In this document: piece by piece, positions 1 through 12,689 of the stretch
Numbering within the stretch: the first letter of the stretch is position 1
How the letters are laid out: the number at the start of each line of letters is the position of its first letter
Assembly: GCA_964270895.1 (NCBI GenBank)
Contig: OZ185440.1
From: Podarcis filfolensis
Taxonomy: Eukaryota
Reading direction: 5' to 3' (one strand)
DNA length: 64,000 bases
The notes under the pieces: model-generated
The model's input: only the letters and a program-made list of their open reading frames with translations
The model's database searches: none
Told to the model about the DNA's origin: nothing
Made by a program: the position numbers and the translations under genes

Positions 1-186
1 TAGTTATTCACCTGATGTATTCATCCCCCCCCCCACTCTTTGTGTCATCTGCCTTTTGCAACCAAAATAATACTTTTTTAGCCCAAGAACCAATTCCTTC
101 CCAGGGGCTGTGCTACACGAGCAATCAGGCCAGACCTAAAATAGGGAAGGAGTGGAGCCAAAAGAGGAATATGTGATTAGTGGAGC

Positions 187-295
187 ATAAGAACAGCTCT
201 GTTGGACCAGACCAAAGGCCTGTATAGTCTATTATGCTGTCCCCACAATGGCCAAACTGTTAGGGAAGCTCATAGGAGCACAACATCCCAGAAGG
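187..295 (-). mobile_element. Degenerate CR1 LINE 3' end
   Basis: cataagaacagctctgttggaccagaccaaaggcc resembles the reverse complement of the CR1 tails at 7270 and 45790. Confidence 0.55.
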
Positions 296-571
296 CAAAA
301 TCATAAGCATGTTTTTCACAATGAAGGACACATTCTGCCCAGGGAGGTGGACTTCCCTTGTATATTTTCTGTTACCACAGCTTAAAGACACATTGCAGCA
401 ATGTGCAAGGGGGAAAAATGGTCTGCACTTTTATCTACAGGATTTTTCAGCGCTTGTGGTTCCTGAGAGACATACTGCAGTGAGTCAATGAGGGGAAAGG
501 GGACATAGCCTGGGGAGAGAGTCAGGAGCCACATGGAGAGGCTTGGTGGGTTGGAGATTCCCCATTCCTGT

Positions 572-790
572 TTTACAGGAAGAATTGACAAGGACATCAC
601 CTGAGCCCCAAGGTCCTTCACCTCCCCCCTCAGAGTTTTGTAGTCGAATGTGATACGTTCATAGTTGTCTCTGGTGTAATTCATTCCCTTGGGGAAAAGC
701 AAGAAAGGATAATGATCGGTGAACTTGATAAGACTTGACAACTTGTTCATCACATCCTGGATCTGCTCACCTAGGAGACAGCATATTCAT
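572..790 (-). mobile_element. CR1 LINE ORF1 remnant (esterase/SGNH-like domain)
   Basis: Translation ..IQDVMNKLSSLIKFTDHYPFLLFPKGMNYTRDNYERITFDYKTLRGEVKDLGAQVMSLSILPV resembles the CR1 ORF1 pattern (PFLLIHVGTND...GAQVVFSSILPV). Confidence 0.7.
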
Positions 791-1345
791 TTGTTAACAG
801 ATTCAGTCAGCACACAACCAACTCCATACCACTCAGCAAGGGAGCCCTGGCTTCACTTCATCCACTGTTTTAGTCTTTTTGGACTTTATTTACTGTGCAT
901 GTTCTTTCTTGTTTCTGTGCACTCTCTTGGCCTCTCTGCATTTCAGGGTATATACTCTTCTCATTAATACTCGTCTTGGGTATCAAACAGTGAATGTGGA
1001 TACTGTGGAAAAATTTGAATTGGAATATATTCTGCTGCCCTAAATAGTTTGTTTCATTTGTGCTTAGTGTGCCTTGATAATTTTAGATATAAATATTTCA
1101 AAGTTTTTCTAATAGCCAAAAAAAGCATTTTGAATTGAATTGAATTGAAAAATGTGATATGGGGGGGGAATTAAAGACATGATCTAATAGCATATCTTTC
1201 CTTCATACTGTTTGACTTCAAGGTAGAGAGAACCAAGGCACTGAAAACATACTAATTTTAGCATGCCTGAAGACCTATGTGCCATGTGCTTCTATGCATT
1301 ACCTGGCAGCAGCTCCAGACAAACTGTAGTGAAATCCTCTTAGAT

Positions 1346-1558
1346 GGTTGAATCCAGTGAAATTGTCCTGTTCATGCAAGGAACTTCCCCTCCGTCTCTT
1401 TTCCCCGCATGCCCCCCACTCCTCAAATTTGCCCTGGTGGTTTGGGGAAAACTTGAGAGCAGATTGGTACATGAGGTGAGGAGAGGGAGAGGAAGTTCTA
1501 TTGTGCAAGCAGAAGTCCTTACATGAACAGAACAACTTTGTTAGATGCAGCTCAGTCT
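1346..1558. mobile_element. Degenerate palindromic MITE-like element
   Basis: ttgtcctgttcatgcaaggaacttc (from 1363) is an imperfect inverted repeat of agaagtccttacatgaacagaacaa (1511-1535). Confidence 0.55.
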
Positions 1559-2189
1559 TGAAGTGTGCATGGCCATGATGAAGTTGGTAGCTGCTCAGAT
1601 TCTTCAGAATCTGATTGTATTTAAAAAGAAAATGCATTTCTAAATTCTGATCCCTTGATAGCTTTCCAAGCAATGGTTTTCTGACATAAGCGGGAGATCT
1701 TGCGACTGATATGGCCCAGTTCCCAGTTTTAAGGTTTCTCAAACTACATCACATCAGTCTGTTGTGAACATCTTGCTCTACGTTTGATTCACTGTGGTGC
1801 CCCTTACTCACAGAGAATGGGCAGGAGTGGGGTGTGGCCCTAGACCAGATTTATGGTAGGGGGCCAACTGTCTCACAGCCTAAGGGATAGGGCCAAAGAC
1901 TCCAGAGTTAAATAATTAAAAGAGACTAAAATAAAAATCATCAGAAATGTCATCAAATGAGCAGTGTCATTTTGAATTAGTGCTGCTAAAGGTCAGGAAG
2001 CTCAAAACAGGTGAAGCGGATGCTCCGTGAGTGAGGCAATATGGCAGATATTTCTGGCAAGGAGAGAGTATGGGCTGGCAGGCGGGTGGACGAGACAAGG
2101 CCCTTTGTGCCCAGGATGTGAGGAGAGGTTTTTGGAAGCAGAGAGGTGCTTTGCGTAGGTACTGTTGGCCTGGGAGGAGGGGGTTTGGG

Positions 2190-2600
2190 CAGGATACAGG
2201 CCGAATGTCTGTCAGCGTCCAGTCAGAGCGCATTAACGTGGTGACATGATTCTAATTAACTACTGTGAGAGGTGTCACAGTGGGAAAGCCAGTAAGCGCA
2301 GACACGCTTTTAGAAAGAGAAAAAAGCAAAGTGACAGTCCTTTTTGTGTGTGTGCTCTCTCCCCTCCGAGTGGGAGTGTGTGTAAAGCTAATTAGGATGT
2401 CTGGGCTGGCTGGGAACCTTGAGCTGGTGCTCTTTTGCTTTCAGTCATTTAAGTTTTCAAAATCCCTCTGATGGGACTCAGTGGCACAGTGGATTACTGT
2501 GCGCAAAAGTGACAGAACACTCTTGCCAGCGTTCAGCCCTTTTTAGCAAAGATTCAGCGCTTCTTTTTTCCTGGCAGCGGCAGGGGGCATGTTCTTATCA
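2190..2600. promoter_or_regulatory. Putative conserved non-coding element (enhancer)
   Basis: Repeat-free, CpG-retaining, with TAATTA and TGACAG/CTGTCA motifs. Conservation inferred, not measured. Confidence 0.35.
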
Positions 2601-3394
2601 CTGCTGCTCTATTCCTATGCATGTTACAATGGAGGACTCAAGGCCTTTCAACTGTTTCCTATGGTTAACAAAGAAACTGGGTTGCCGGGGGTGGGGGTGG
2701 GATGATAGAATATGATTGGGTGTTTGTGTTGACTTCTTGTCTTTCTATGTCATTCTGCTATTCACTGCAACATACTTTCCACACCCAGCAATGGCAAAGG
2801 TAGACCCATAATATTTTGGGTAGGCTATCCATGATAGTCCCTGCCAAGTGAGCTGCAGTGGCCATTTTAGCTTGATTGCTAGTGATACAGTCCAGACCAT
2901 ATGGGTTTGTTAGTTTTTTGCTGGATGCAGTCATTAGTGCAGCTTCTTTCTTCAAAACTATTGGGGAGGAATGCTGCAAAGAAACTTTTTCATTCATGTG
3001 TATGTTGCTTAAACCACACAAACACATGCATTTTCAAGTGCTTCTCCTTTTAGAAGAAAAAACCCCCAGCAGTTAGCCGGATTAAACGGTGGATTTTGGT
3101 GAGGGCATGGAACAGCCTTGTCTAAATGTACTCACTCATGTCACTGAATGTCTGGACCTCAGACTCTGACTAGTGTTAGGAGAGGGTCATCCTTAGCCTG
3201 TGTCTGGATTTTCACAAGCTGGATCTGCAACACATCAAACACATATCCTGTACCTGCCTTCCCTGAAGTTGAGGACTGAGGTGATGTCAGTACATTAGAA
3301 AAGGCTAGGAACAGAGTTTGTGAAGCTGTTTTGTACAGCTTCACACATGCACACAAAGAGCATGGGACTTTGGAAAAACTCATTTTTTAATATT

Positions 3395-3445
3395 CCTCCT
3401 CCTCCTCCTCCTCCTCCTCCTCCTCCTCCTCCTCCTCCTCCTCCT
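3395..3445. repeat. (CCT)17 microsatellite
   Basis: Direct read. Confidence 0.97.
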
Positions 3446-6400
3446 CTTAAAATAGCTTTTCATCCAAATCAGGAAACAGGTTGTGCAGACTCCATAGCTG
3501 ATGCTGGTCTGGGAGACACTCATAAGTGAATCCTGTGCAGAAGGCTAGAATGATCCCTTCCCTCTCCAATCTTCTTTAGAACTTGGGGGAAAGAGAGGTA
3601 AAGAGATGTAGTTTGCTTGCACCATGATCTGGAGACTTATTCAAGTGGATAGAAACATTTCCCAGTGCTGTTTCTGAAAGGGTTCAAGCCTAGTATGTGG
3701 TGAGAGACTGAATTCCTCTCCCAAGCCTTCTGTGTGGGAGAGACAGGGGACTTGGGGAAGATGAGATATTAGGGCCTACTTCAAATGCTGGCTGGCTACC
3801 AACATGTTGAATCTTGATGCTTTGGGAAATGGGCAGGCAAAAGATCATGCAAAGTGCATAAAAATGAGTGTAAATGGAATGTTTTGAATAGGTGCATCTA
3901 ACAGAGCTTTGCTTAAAGAAGGAGAGTATTTATAGCATGCTTGGCCCCTCCCACATCTTTTCTGTCTATCAAAGGCCCTCAAGTTGGTTGACATTAAAGT
4001 TGAATATTAAATGCATAAAACAATGTGAAAACATAATCAAAGCAGAAAGCATCCTGCATTGTGGCTGGGCACTGATGGTGCTGGGGCGAGGGGCTGGACT
4101 TTCCCCATTACATTCCAAACCATGGGTGTGTGGCAGGGAGATTGCTCATTGCCAGCTTTTTGAGCTGGCACCTGGCTGCATTATGGAGCGGCCTTGTTTT
4201 TGTCTTTAATGAGACATTCTGGAGAGGTATGGAGGTGAGGATGTGCTGGTGGATGATTCTGGCTTTTAGCAGCCCGGCATTTACCTAATGAGAAACCACT
4301 GAGAGGTGTGGCATGGGGGTGGGCTGTGGGGGTGTGTGGATAGCAGCCAACTGGAGGCACTCCATTGCAATTTAACAAGTTTCCTTTCCTGCAAGTTCCA
4401 TGACAAGACCCCCCTCTAAGTCTGTACAAGAATCCCTAAGAACAAGGTAATTAGGATGTCTCTGAGCTTCGACCCTCAGCGGAGTCCTTGGCTTAATCTT
4501 TTTCTTTCCTTAAAGACATCTGTAACTACAATCTTTGTTTCTCTCCTTGCCTCCCCCCAGTTGCCTCTCTCCCCCCCACCTTGCCTGTCTCCATATCTCC
4601 TGTCAAACTGCTGCAGACATAAATGACAAAGAAATCAGAAAGAGAGATCAATGCAGTCCAAATTAGCACTCGGAGATAGACTGTGCTGGAGATGTCAGAG
4701 CCTGACCCCTGTTGATCCTGCAGCCTCTGCTGGTGATATTATGCAAATTGCATCCATCTGGCAGAGCTGGCTCAGAGGAGTGAGGGTGCTGGGCGGGCAG
4801 AGAACGATCCAGAGAGGGAGGTGTTTTGGAGCTCTGGCTCTGTGCGTTTGGGAAGGGGACAGGGTGATGGGAGATTGGAAGTGATAGGAAGGAGAAAGGG
4901 TGCATCAGATTAATTTGTATTCTCCAGGAGGTATAAGATCAAACTCTAGATGGGAGATAAACAAACTTCATTTTGATTTGGCTTATATTTTATTTCTTAT
5001 TATCTGCTTCCACCCAGAACAAAAAAAAGCCAACATCCCCCTCTCGGTAGTCTTGTTTAATCAATATTCACAAGTCATCATTATCACTGGCAGCAGTTTG
5101 AGAGGGTGGTGAACAGAGGCAACTGCACCCCCCCCCAGCCCCCAAAGAGCACACTGCTTCTCGATCCAACTGAAATAGGACAGGGATAATAGAAACCTCA
5201 AATTACGGTGATCGCCTTGTTAAGAAGTTTGGAAATACAGTCAGATTGCCTTTTAATGAGAGAAATATGGCTGTTAGTTAGTGAAGGAGGAGGGAATGGA
5301 CCTTGTTTCAAGATCTGTAGTTCCTGCATCAAAGGGGAACTGGCTGTTTCATTTCAAAATCCAGCTCCTCAGCCTGATATTAAAAATAGTTGTTAAAGGC
5401 TTTGAGTAGCAAGACAATTCTCTTTAACTTCCTACTATCCCTCCCCTTTTCCTCTAGCAAAAAAGGGTTGGCAAGGATTGAAATAGGCCTTTAAAGAAGT
5501 TTCCCTTTGGACGGGGGACAGTAAGGGGTGTCTTGCTACCCAGCATGTGTGAGGTATAGCGTGATCTTTTAAACATAGTTCTTCCACCTAAAGCCAATTG
5601 ACTGATGGACAGCTAATAATGGGATGTTGACTTACCGTAGCCACTGAGCTAAATGGGCATAAGTTTAGTTTGCTCTGTTTGGAACTAGTTATCAGGACTT
5701 TCAAACTGGAGACAGGTGGATATCATCACAAAATGTTCTGGATTTTAAGGCCAAAAAATGGTTTCATTCAAAATTGATCACCCTTGACTGTCTCTGCCGT
5801 GATGTTTTATCTCTTTCAGGGTTTACCTATGAGTGTTTTGATTGTGTATTACTGAATTTTCAATCATTCATCTATTGGAAGTTTTGAAGCCCAGAACAAC
5901 TACCAGCTTCTCCTCTTGTCTTACCTGGCTTGAGATGAGGAAAGGAGAGCAGTTTAAAAACTGGGCTCAGAGATTTTTTTTATAATTAGAGATGCCAAAT
6001 ACTTCTCAAATTGGAATTCGTCTTTGGAATTCATAACACATCCTGTTTTTGTTCTGCATACCTACTAGGCCCTCCCTTGCCTTTGATTTCTGGTTCTATG
6101 GAACTTCACTCAGAACCAAGATACAAAGCTGGGTGGTATGATAATATTAATTATATAATTAGAATAAGGTTTTTTCCTTTGACACCATTTGCTTCTGAAA
6201 GAGGCCTTTTCATGTTGAGCATTTTCTTCTTAAGTGTTCATGGTCAGGACAAAATAATCTCTTTAACCATCCATTTATGTATTTATTTCTGTCAGCCTAA
6301 CAGAAAGAGCTGTTCTAAGTGTGCCTAGTTAAAACTAAGTCCAGGGTTTTTTGTTTAGTCCTTTTGACTCATTTCTGTTATTTTCATCTGTTTGTTTTCT

Positions 6401-7269
6401 TTTCACTAAAATCAGAGGTGAAATTCCTGCATACGTTCACCAGGTATTTTGTTTAGGGACTACATGAGATTTTTGCCAGTACAGTATATGAGGAGCTTGA
6501 TCATTCACTTTCGCACTGTGCTGCTTGCAGGATTCCTGTTTTCTGGGAGATCTGGCTGACTTCTATATTGCTCTTGAAAACTTCAAGTTTTCTTTCTTTG
6601 GAAGCATTCTGTGGCAGAGCCCAGACTTGGCAACAGCACTATCTGACCTGAGTTGACCAGCTTTTCCCAACCATCGTTAAGATCTAACAGGCCCCTCTGT
6701 TCAGAGTTGCTGTGACCCGTGACATGTTTCTTCCTGTTGCATTGACATCCCTCTCTTGAAGACCTGACTCACAGCTTCTTCTTGCTTAAAAACTGAAGTG
6801 TTCTGTTAATTGGTTTAAGCCTCACTGCCCCATGTCCTGGCTGGTCTTTGCAAGATAATGAACTTGGAATGTTTTTAATAGCTGATCACAGCCGTATTAG
6901 TCCCAGGATGCAAGCAAGAGACTGACAAGGTGGGTCAAGTAGAATCTCTTATTGGACTACCATTTCTTGGAAGAAGAGACAAGCTTTAAAACATCACAGA
7001 GCTCTTTTGCAGGCCTGGGAAAGATTGTCCAACTTTCAAGCTCAAATACATGGCTTCTGGTATATATCAGTATAGAATCTTAGTAACGTGACCAAAACCA
7101 TGCATTTCTGCAACAAGTAGCTGCCCCAATTTAAGAAAAAACCTAACCTTTTCACTTGTTATTTTGCAACATGTTTTTTTAAAAAAAAATAATAATAAAC
7201 CCTACAATGAGGTACAATTAATAATTCAGCGAATTTTAACATTGCAGGAAAAAGTACAAAATTTGGAAG

Positions 7270-7412
7270 CAGTATATTTCTGAATTACCAGTTGCTGGAA
7301 ACTGCAGCTGCGGAGCAAGTGGGCTTCCAATAGGTATCTGGTTGGCCACTGTGAGCACAGGTTGGCAGACTAGATGGGCCCTTGGCCTGATCCAGCAAGC
7401 TCTTCTTGTGTT
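7270..7412 (+). mobile_element. CR1 LINE 3' end
   Basis: ggttggccactgtgagcacaggttggcagactagatgggcccttggcctgatccagcaagctcttctt; same family as the copy at 45790. Confidence 0.75.
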
Positions 7413-10028
7413 GTTAATAAAAAGAACAACATGGTAAACTTGAAGTAGGCATGAAAAAAAAACAAAAACCCCAAGCCCTTGTAATAAAAAGCAGGCCTGT
7501 AAAGGAAGGTTTTAAAGGGGCAAGTTCTCGAGTCTGCTGCACTGTGTTAGGAGGTGGAGTTCAAAGAATAGGTGTCACCACCCAAAAGACATGTTCTGTG
7601 GTAGGCCACCAGCTTTTAGGAAGAAGTAAGGTGACCCCCCCCCCAAGCTGGGGTTCTCATCATCAGAAAAGGAGGAAAACCTAATTAACTGATCTACATC
7701 TTTGTCTCATATAACTTCAATCACTTTGGGGCAGCTGCTGGTTTTATTTCTATTGATACTCATTATATTATTTACTGATAGGTCTCTACCAAAGAAACAC
7801 ACCTACATGTATTGGAGTAAGGAAATGAACCAGTTCTTCCACTGATGTATTTCTGAAAATCTGTTTATACAGTTAAGTACCTTAACATGGTGTCAGTATA
7901 GGGTGGGAAAGGATGAACATTGTTTTAATATAATTTCATTTCAATAGCTCTCAAAGCTATACTTGAGGTTCTGTCCTTCAACAATGTAAAATCTCGAGCC
8001 TGGTGTTTGGATGGTACCTGGAAGCCCTGTATTTCCTGTGACCTGAAAACTAAGTAATAGATATTGGCCAATGAATGGTTACTGAGATACAGTCTGCAGA
8101 AGATTGGTGTATTCCATTCTCAGTTTTTCATGTTGGGCTTCCAAAAATTTCTGGAACAACAGGAGCATAACAGTTGATATACTTTGGCTTGGGTGATGCT
8201 GATTTATCATGTCAGAGGTCCTGGTCATTGTGCTGAAGAGAATCTTTCTGCTTTCTATGCCCGATAGTTGACAGCTACAATACAGCAAATACAGAGCTAG
8301 TGGAATGGTACGTAAGAGAATAGATCTGTGTACATAATAGCATATGGATGCTTCATTGGTGGAATAGACTACAGAAGGATTGGGGATATTTTGTTTGGCA
8401 TAGTGATACTTGGGTTTTTCTGGATTCTGAGTGACCCATAAGACTGAGAAGTTTAAAAGTGAACCTCTCAGGCAGAGGATGAGTACACAGAATGAATAAT
8501 TAACTCAACTTCCCCCAGCATTGCTAGCTGCACTACTGCAGAGAGGTACAGTTTGCTCTTGAACAAAAAGTCATAATTTTTCTTGTTCTGGAGAAAGGTA
8601 CTCCTGATGAACAAAGACTACCCAAGGCTTTGTGAGAGTGCTTGTCTCTTTACCTTGGAAACATTTTGTCCCACAGTAAGGGCAGCCATTTTGTATAAAG
8701 CTATACTCTGTGGTGAGTGAACCTCCCTACCACCGCCCCCCCTTTCCTGATGTTTATTTACTGGAATAAGAGCAGGGTAAATACAGTAATTTTTCTGGTT
8801 TATTATTCAGGCTGAGACAGATGCAAGCTGGGCTGTTTTGTGGGAGACCATGATTGCCTGACCCCCCTCCCCCGTCAAACCCTTTCTATATATAACTGTG
8901 TTGAGAGAGACATTACAGATTTGTCTCTACTTGTCTGTAAAGCAAGAGCAGCCTCTGTCCTAATGAGAAGAATATGGCTGCTAGTTAGCAGAGGGGTGGG
9001 TCGCATAGGCTAAACGAGATAGTTAAACGGCACTGATTGAAGGTGGGGGTGAAAGGGCAGCACAATTATGTGCTGGAGAATCAAGGGCCCTGTTTGATTT
9101 GGGAGTTCTAAGCTCCCAGCCGGTGTCAGTAGTTTAGCTGAGAATTTTTTGTAGGCCAAAGACAGGAAGGATAAAAACTATGAGAATGAGGAGTTACTAT
9201 TATTAAAGTCCACAGAGCCCCATCCCTGTTCATTCTTTAACTATTTCTAGGCCCATATATTTTAAGCATTCCTAAAGCGCTCTCTCGTGAGAGCCAAAAC
9301 TACCCCTGTCCATGGTACACTCCAGGATTATGTAGCCAAGGAACAATTGGGGACCTTCATAATGTCCAGGCATTTATTTTTTAAAGTTAACACAAGCAAC
9401 ACTGGCTGCAGTGAACCTGGGTGATGCTTGTGTGTGGCAAGCTGTTAGTGTGAAATCTTCTGCCACTCCAGTTTTCACCAGGCCTTGTGCATATCTTCTT
9501 TCTTTGTGGTTTTGTGATGATGTGGTGAGTATCACTAGAAAAACAGGCAGCAAGTTACTTCGCACGATTGGTTTGTCACGTACTGGTTCTCTTTCAAGAA
9601 GCTCCACATTTCTATTTGCATAAATCAGACTTTCTTTCTGGGAAACGTGGATTAAAAGTTGTAGCACCTCACCCCCAATTTCAGTTTGTTTGGAACTGGC
9701 TCCAGGTCAGCCTCCCTACTGTTCTGGTACTTTACTAGGAAAGACCCTCTTCAGGTTACCAAAACAGTTAAGAAGCATTTTCAGGTATGGTGGCATTTTT
9801 CTTCTTCAGTTGGGTTTGCAGGCAACAGCATTTGGTGCTTTACTTTGGTGATCCTAATTTGTCTTTCCTCTCCTCTTTCCTTTCTTGCTGTTTTTGCCAT
9901 TAAATCTATTGGAGCTTATGGCCTTTTACTCCAGCATGACTCGATATATGAGGGCATTATTGCGTTCTAATCAGACCACTCAACTCAGTAACAGATTTTT
10001 TTTTTGTATGCTAGTTTAAAAGTAATGT

Positions 10029-10404
10029 AAGGTAAAAAGGTATAGGACCCCTGTACAGTTAAGTCCAGTCAAAGGTGACTTTGGGGTGTGGCGCTCATCT
10101 CACTTTCAGGCCGAGGGAGCTGGCATTTGTCCACAGACGGGTCATGTGGCCAGGATGACTAAACCACTTCTGGCACTACGGAACACCGTGACGGAAGCCA
10201 GAGCGCACGGAAACACTGTTTACCTTGCTGACAAAGTGATACCTATTTATCTACTTGCACTGGTGTGCTTTCAAACTGCTAGGTTGACAGAAGCTGGGAT
10301 GGAGCAACAGGAGCTCACCCAGTTGCACAGATTCAAACCGCTGACCTTCTGATCAGCAAGCCCCAGAGGCTCAGTGGTTTAGACCACAACGCCACCCGCA
10401 ACCC
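10029..10404 (-). mobile_element. Sauria SINE, near full length
   Basis: On the minus strand it starts GGGTTGCGGGTGGCGTTGTGGTCTAAACCACTGAGCC, contains gcaagtagataaataggta and ends ...ggggtcctatacctttttacctt. Confidence 0.92.
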
Positions 10405-11188
10405 TTGCAAAGGAAGATATACTGTTGGTCTCAACACTGTCACTCTGTTTAGTGCCCCCATGTCCTGATTATTTTGACCTGATAATTGTGGTAATATTCC
10501 TCACCAACCTGCCTAGTCCATTCCAAATCTGCCTCATAAGCATGTCCCCTGCCATTCTGCTGCTTTGCCTAGGCTAAATGCACAATGCTCCTGTGTCCAA
10601 GTCAATAAATAAATAACACACACACACCCAATCAGTGCCAAAGGCTGCCTCCCCCTCCAAATGGCGCATCTCCCTAATCAGATTTGTATCTAAGCCTATG
10701 GTCTCCATTGCCTCCTGAGCCAAATGACAATCGCCTTTATTTACTCTAATAGGTCTCATTTGTAAATGTTAATTCCTCCCTGAAGAAAATGTCTCTTCAA
10801 GATGAGTTGGCCGTCACTGAGTTGAACACATCAGAGTGTGTGCAAGGTCCATCTCAACCCCTGTAGTTGAGAACGTAGACAGACATCATGCCTACCCTGC
10901 CAGTTAGCTGCATCTGTGCCCCTTCTCCACCCCCACCCCTGGGCCATCTTCCCTTCTTGGCCTCTCATATTGCACCACAGTCATGCTTGCACCTATTTGG
11001 ATATATAAATGCTGGCAACGGCTCTGATAGCCTGACTGGAAACCCATCTCAAGGAAAAGGTTTTATTCTGGGCCTGGCCCATCCAACCCTTCCTGCAATA
11101 TTGCCCTAGCTCTTAGGATCCCTGGCTTTTGATGGAATGGTGCATCTACAATTGTTTTTCTCTGTAAACGGAGTGTATGAAAACATTT

Positions 11189-11340
11189 GTGGTGTTGCGG
11201 CTAGAATATTGATTTGTATGTGGGAAACTTAGGTTTAAATCTCCACTCAGCCAAGCTGCACATGGCTTGAACAGTCACTATCTTTCAGTATAGCCTACCA
11301 CACTGGATTGGTTGTGAGACAAACATGGTAAAACAAAGGG
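11189..11340 (+). mobile_element. Old MIR/core-like tRNA-derived SINE remnant
   Basis: A-box-like gtggtgttgcggctaga, B-box-like ggtttaaatc, then ctcagcc...cagtcactatctttcagtatagcctacc. Confidence 0.55.
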
Positions 11341-12689
11341 GAGCAGAATTTGATATAAAAGTTAGCTCATTTCTTAACTAATTAGTTCTAAAGGAAGAGT
11401 GGGAGATGCATGAAACCAATAAGCACACATTTTGGCAGTTTGTTCTGATTTTGAGCCGAGAGTCCTTTTGGTAATAGCTGTCCTTCTAGGTATTAATTGC
11501 TCCATTTAAGAACATTTGTGCAATACAAATAATACTAATAAAGCACAAATATTATTAGTAAATGACAACATTCTAGAGTTCTTACTTTAAATAATCATGT
11601 ACCAAGATATTTTGTAATCTGCACCCCTTTTTAAAAAAATGTTCTAAAGTGCACACCAACATTCTTCCTGATGTCTCTGCCTTTTAGGCAAATACTGTAA
11701 TATTTTGCAGGTCCCTCTCTGACTTTGAGGATGGGTATGGGGACTGAGCTGGTTTTAAAACTTGAAATCTAGAACATGCGCACCAACCTTCATTAAAGTA
11801 CTTCAGTGTTTTTTTAAAAAGTGTTACAAGCAAACTAATTTTAAACAGGTAAGTAGGCAAGTTAAACCAAAAGCTTAGCTTTACTCAGTAAGGTAATTTT
11901 TTTGTGGGTAGGAAGGGGGTGAATACTGTTTGGCAAACAGCTTAGTCTCCGTTGCAACGGTGCAAGAAGACTAGCTTGGCTCCCTATGTGACAGGAATGA
12001 CCAAATCAGAAGGGAACAGTGGTGTTGGCTCCAGCCCAAACTGTCGTGGCAGTTAACTCCCCGTCTACGCCTCCCTGGGGAAATAAAAAGAACCATTGAT
12101 TTTCCTCATTGCTTGTACTGCCTGGTTCTGGATTATAACAGCACAAATACAAACACATATTTGAGCCCGAGACTGTGACCACTTGGAGGGGAGCAAGTCA
12201 GTAAATATTGTGGGGCTGGGCTACTGCCTTAATGAAGGACAGGGCATAATCACTAACATCTAGAGCAGCGCCTGATGCAAAGCAGTGATTAAGAATAGGG
12301 GTCAGAGGCCTTTTTCAGAGGTAAATTAGCAATGAATTAGTCTGTTTTCCCCAGATGAAAAATGCTGGTCCCCGTGTATTTTTCTTATTATTATCTGAGG
12401 TGGGGTGGGGGAGACACATGCATCAACTCAACCGCCCTCCCTGACAATACTTAGGGCGAGTGCCAAGGTGCTTGCTTCCTCAGCCTTTGTCTGGTGTGTT
12501 AGTGACTCTGGTGGTCCCCTGCAACCTTAGCAGCAATTAGGGACTGATTTATTGTCCTACAACCGAACCCCGCAAAGTGTACTCAGAAGGGGGGCTGCAT
12601 GGGTTGAGGCTACCAAGGGCCTCCAGCACCATCTCTGTTGAACAACAATCTAATCTTGATTGCAGAGGGAGTGGGGAGGGGAGATGGAT

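Noticed and set aside
2679-2701. Canonical G-quadruplex motif (a C-rich one also occurs near 42245)
   Set aside because: Such motifs are common in vertebrate introns and there is no further support.
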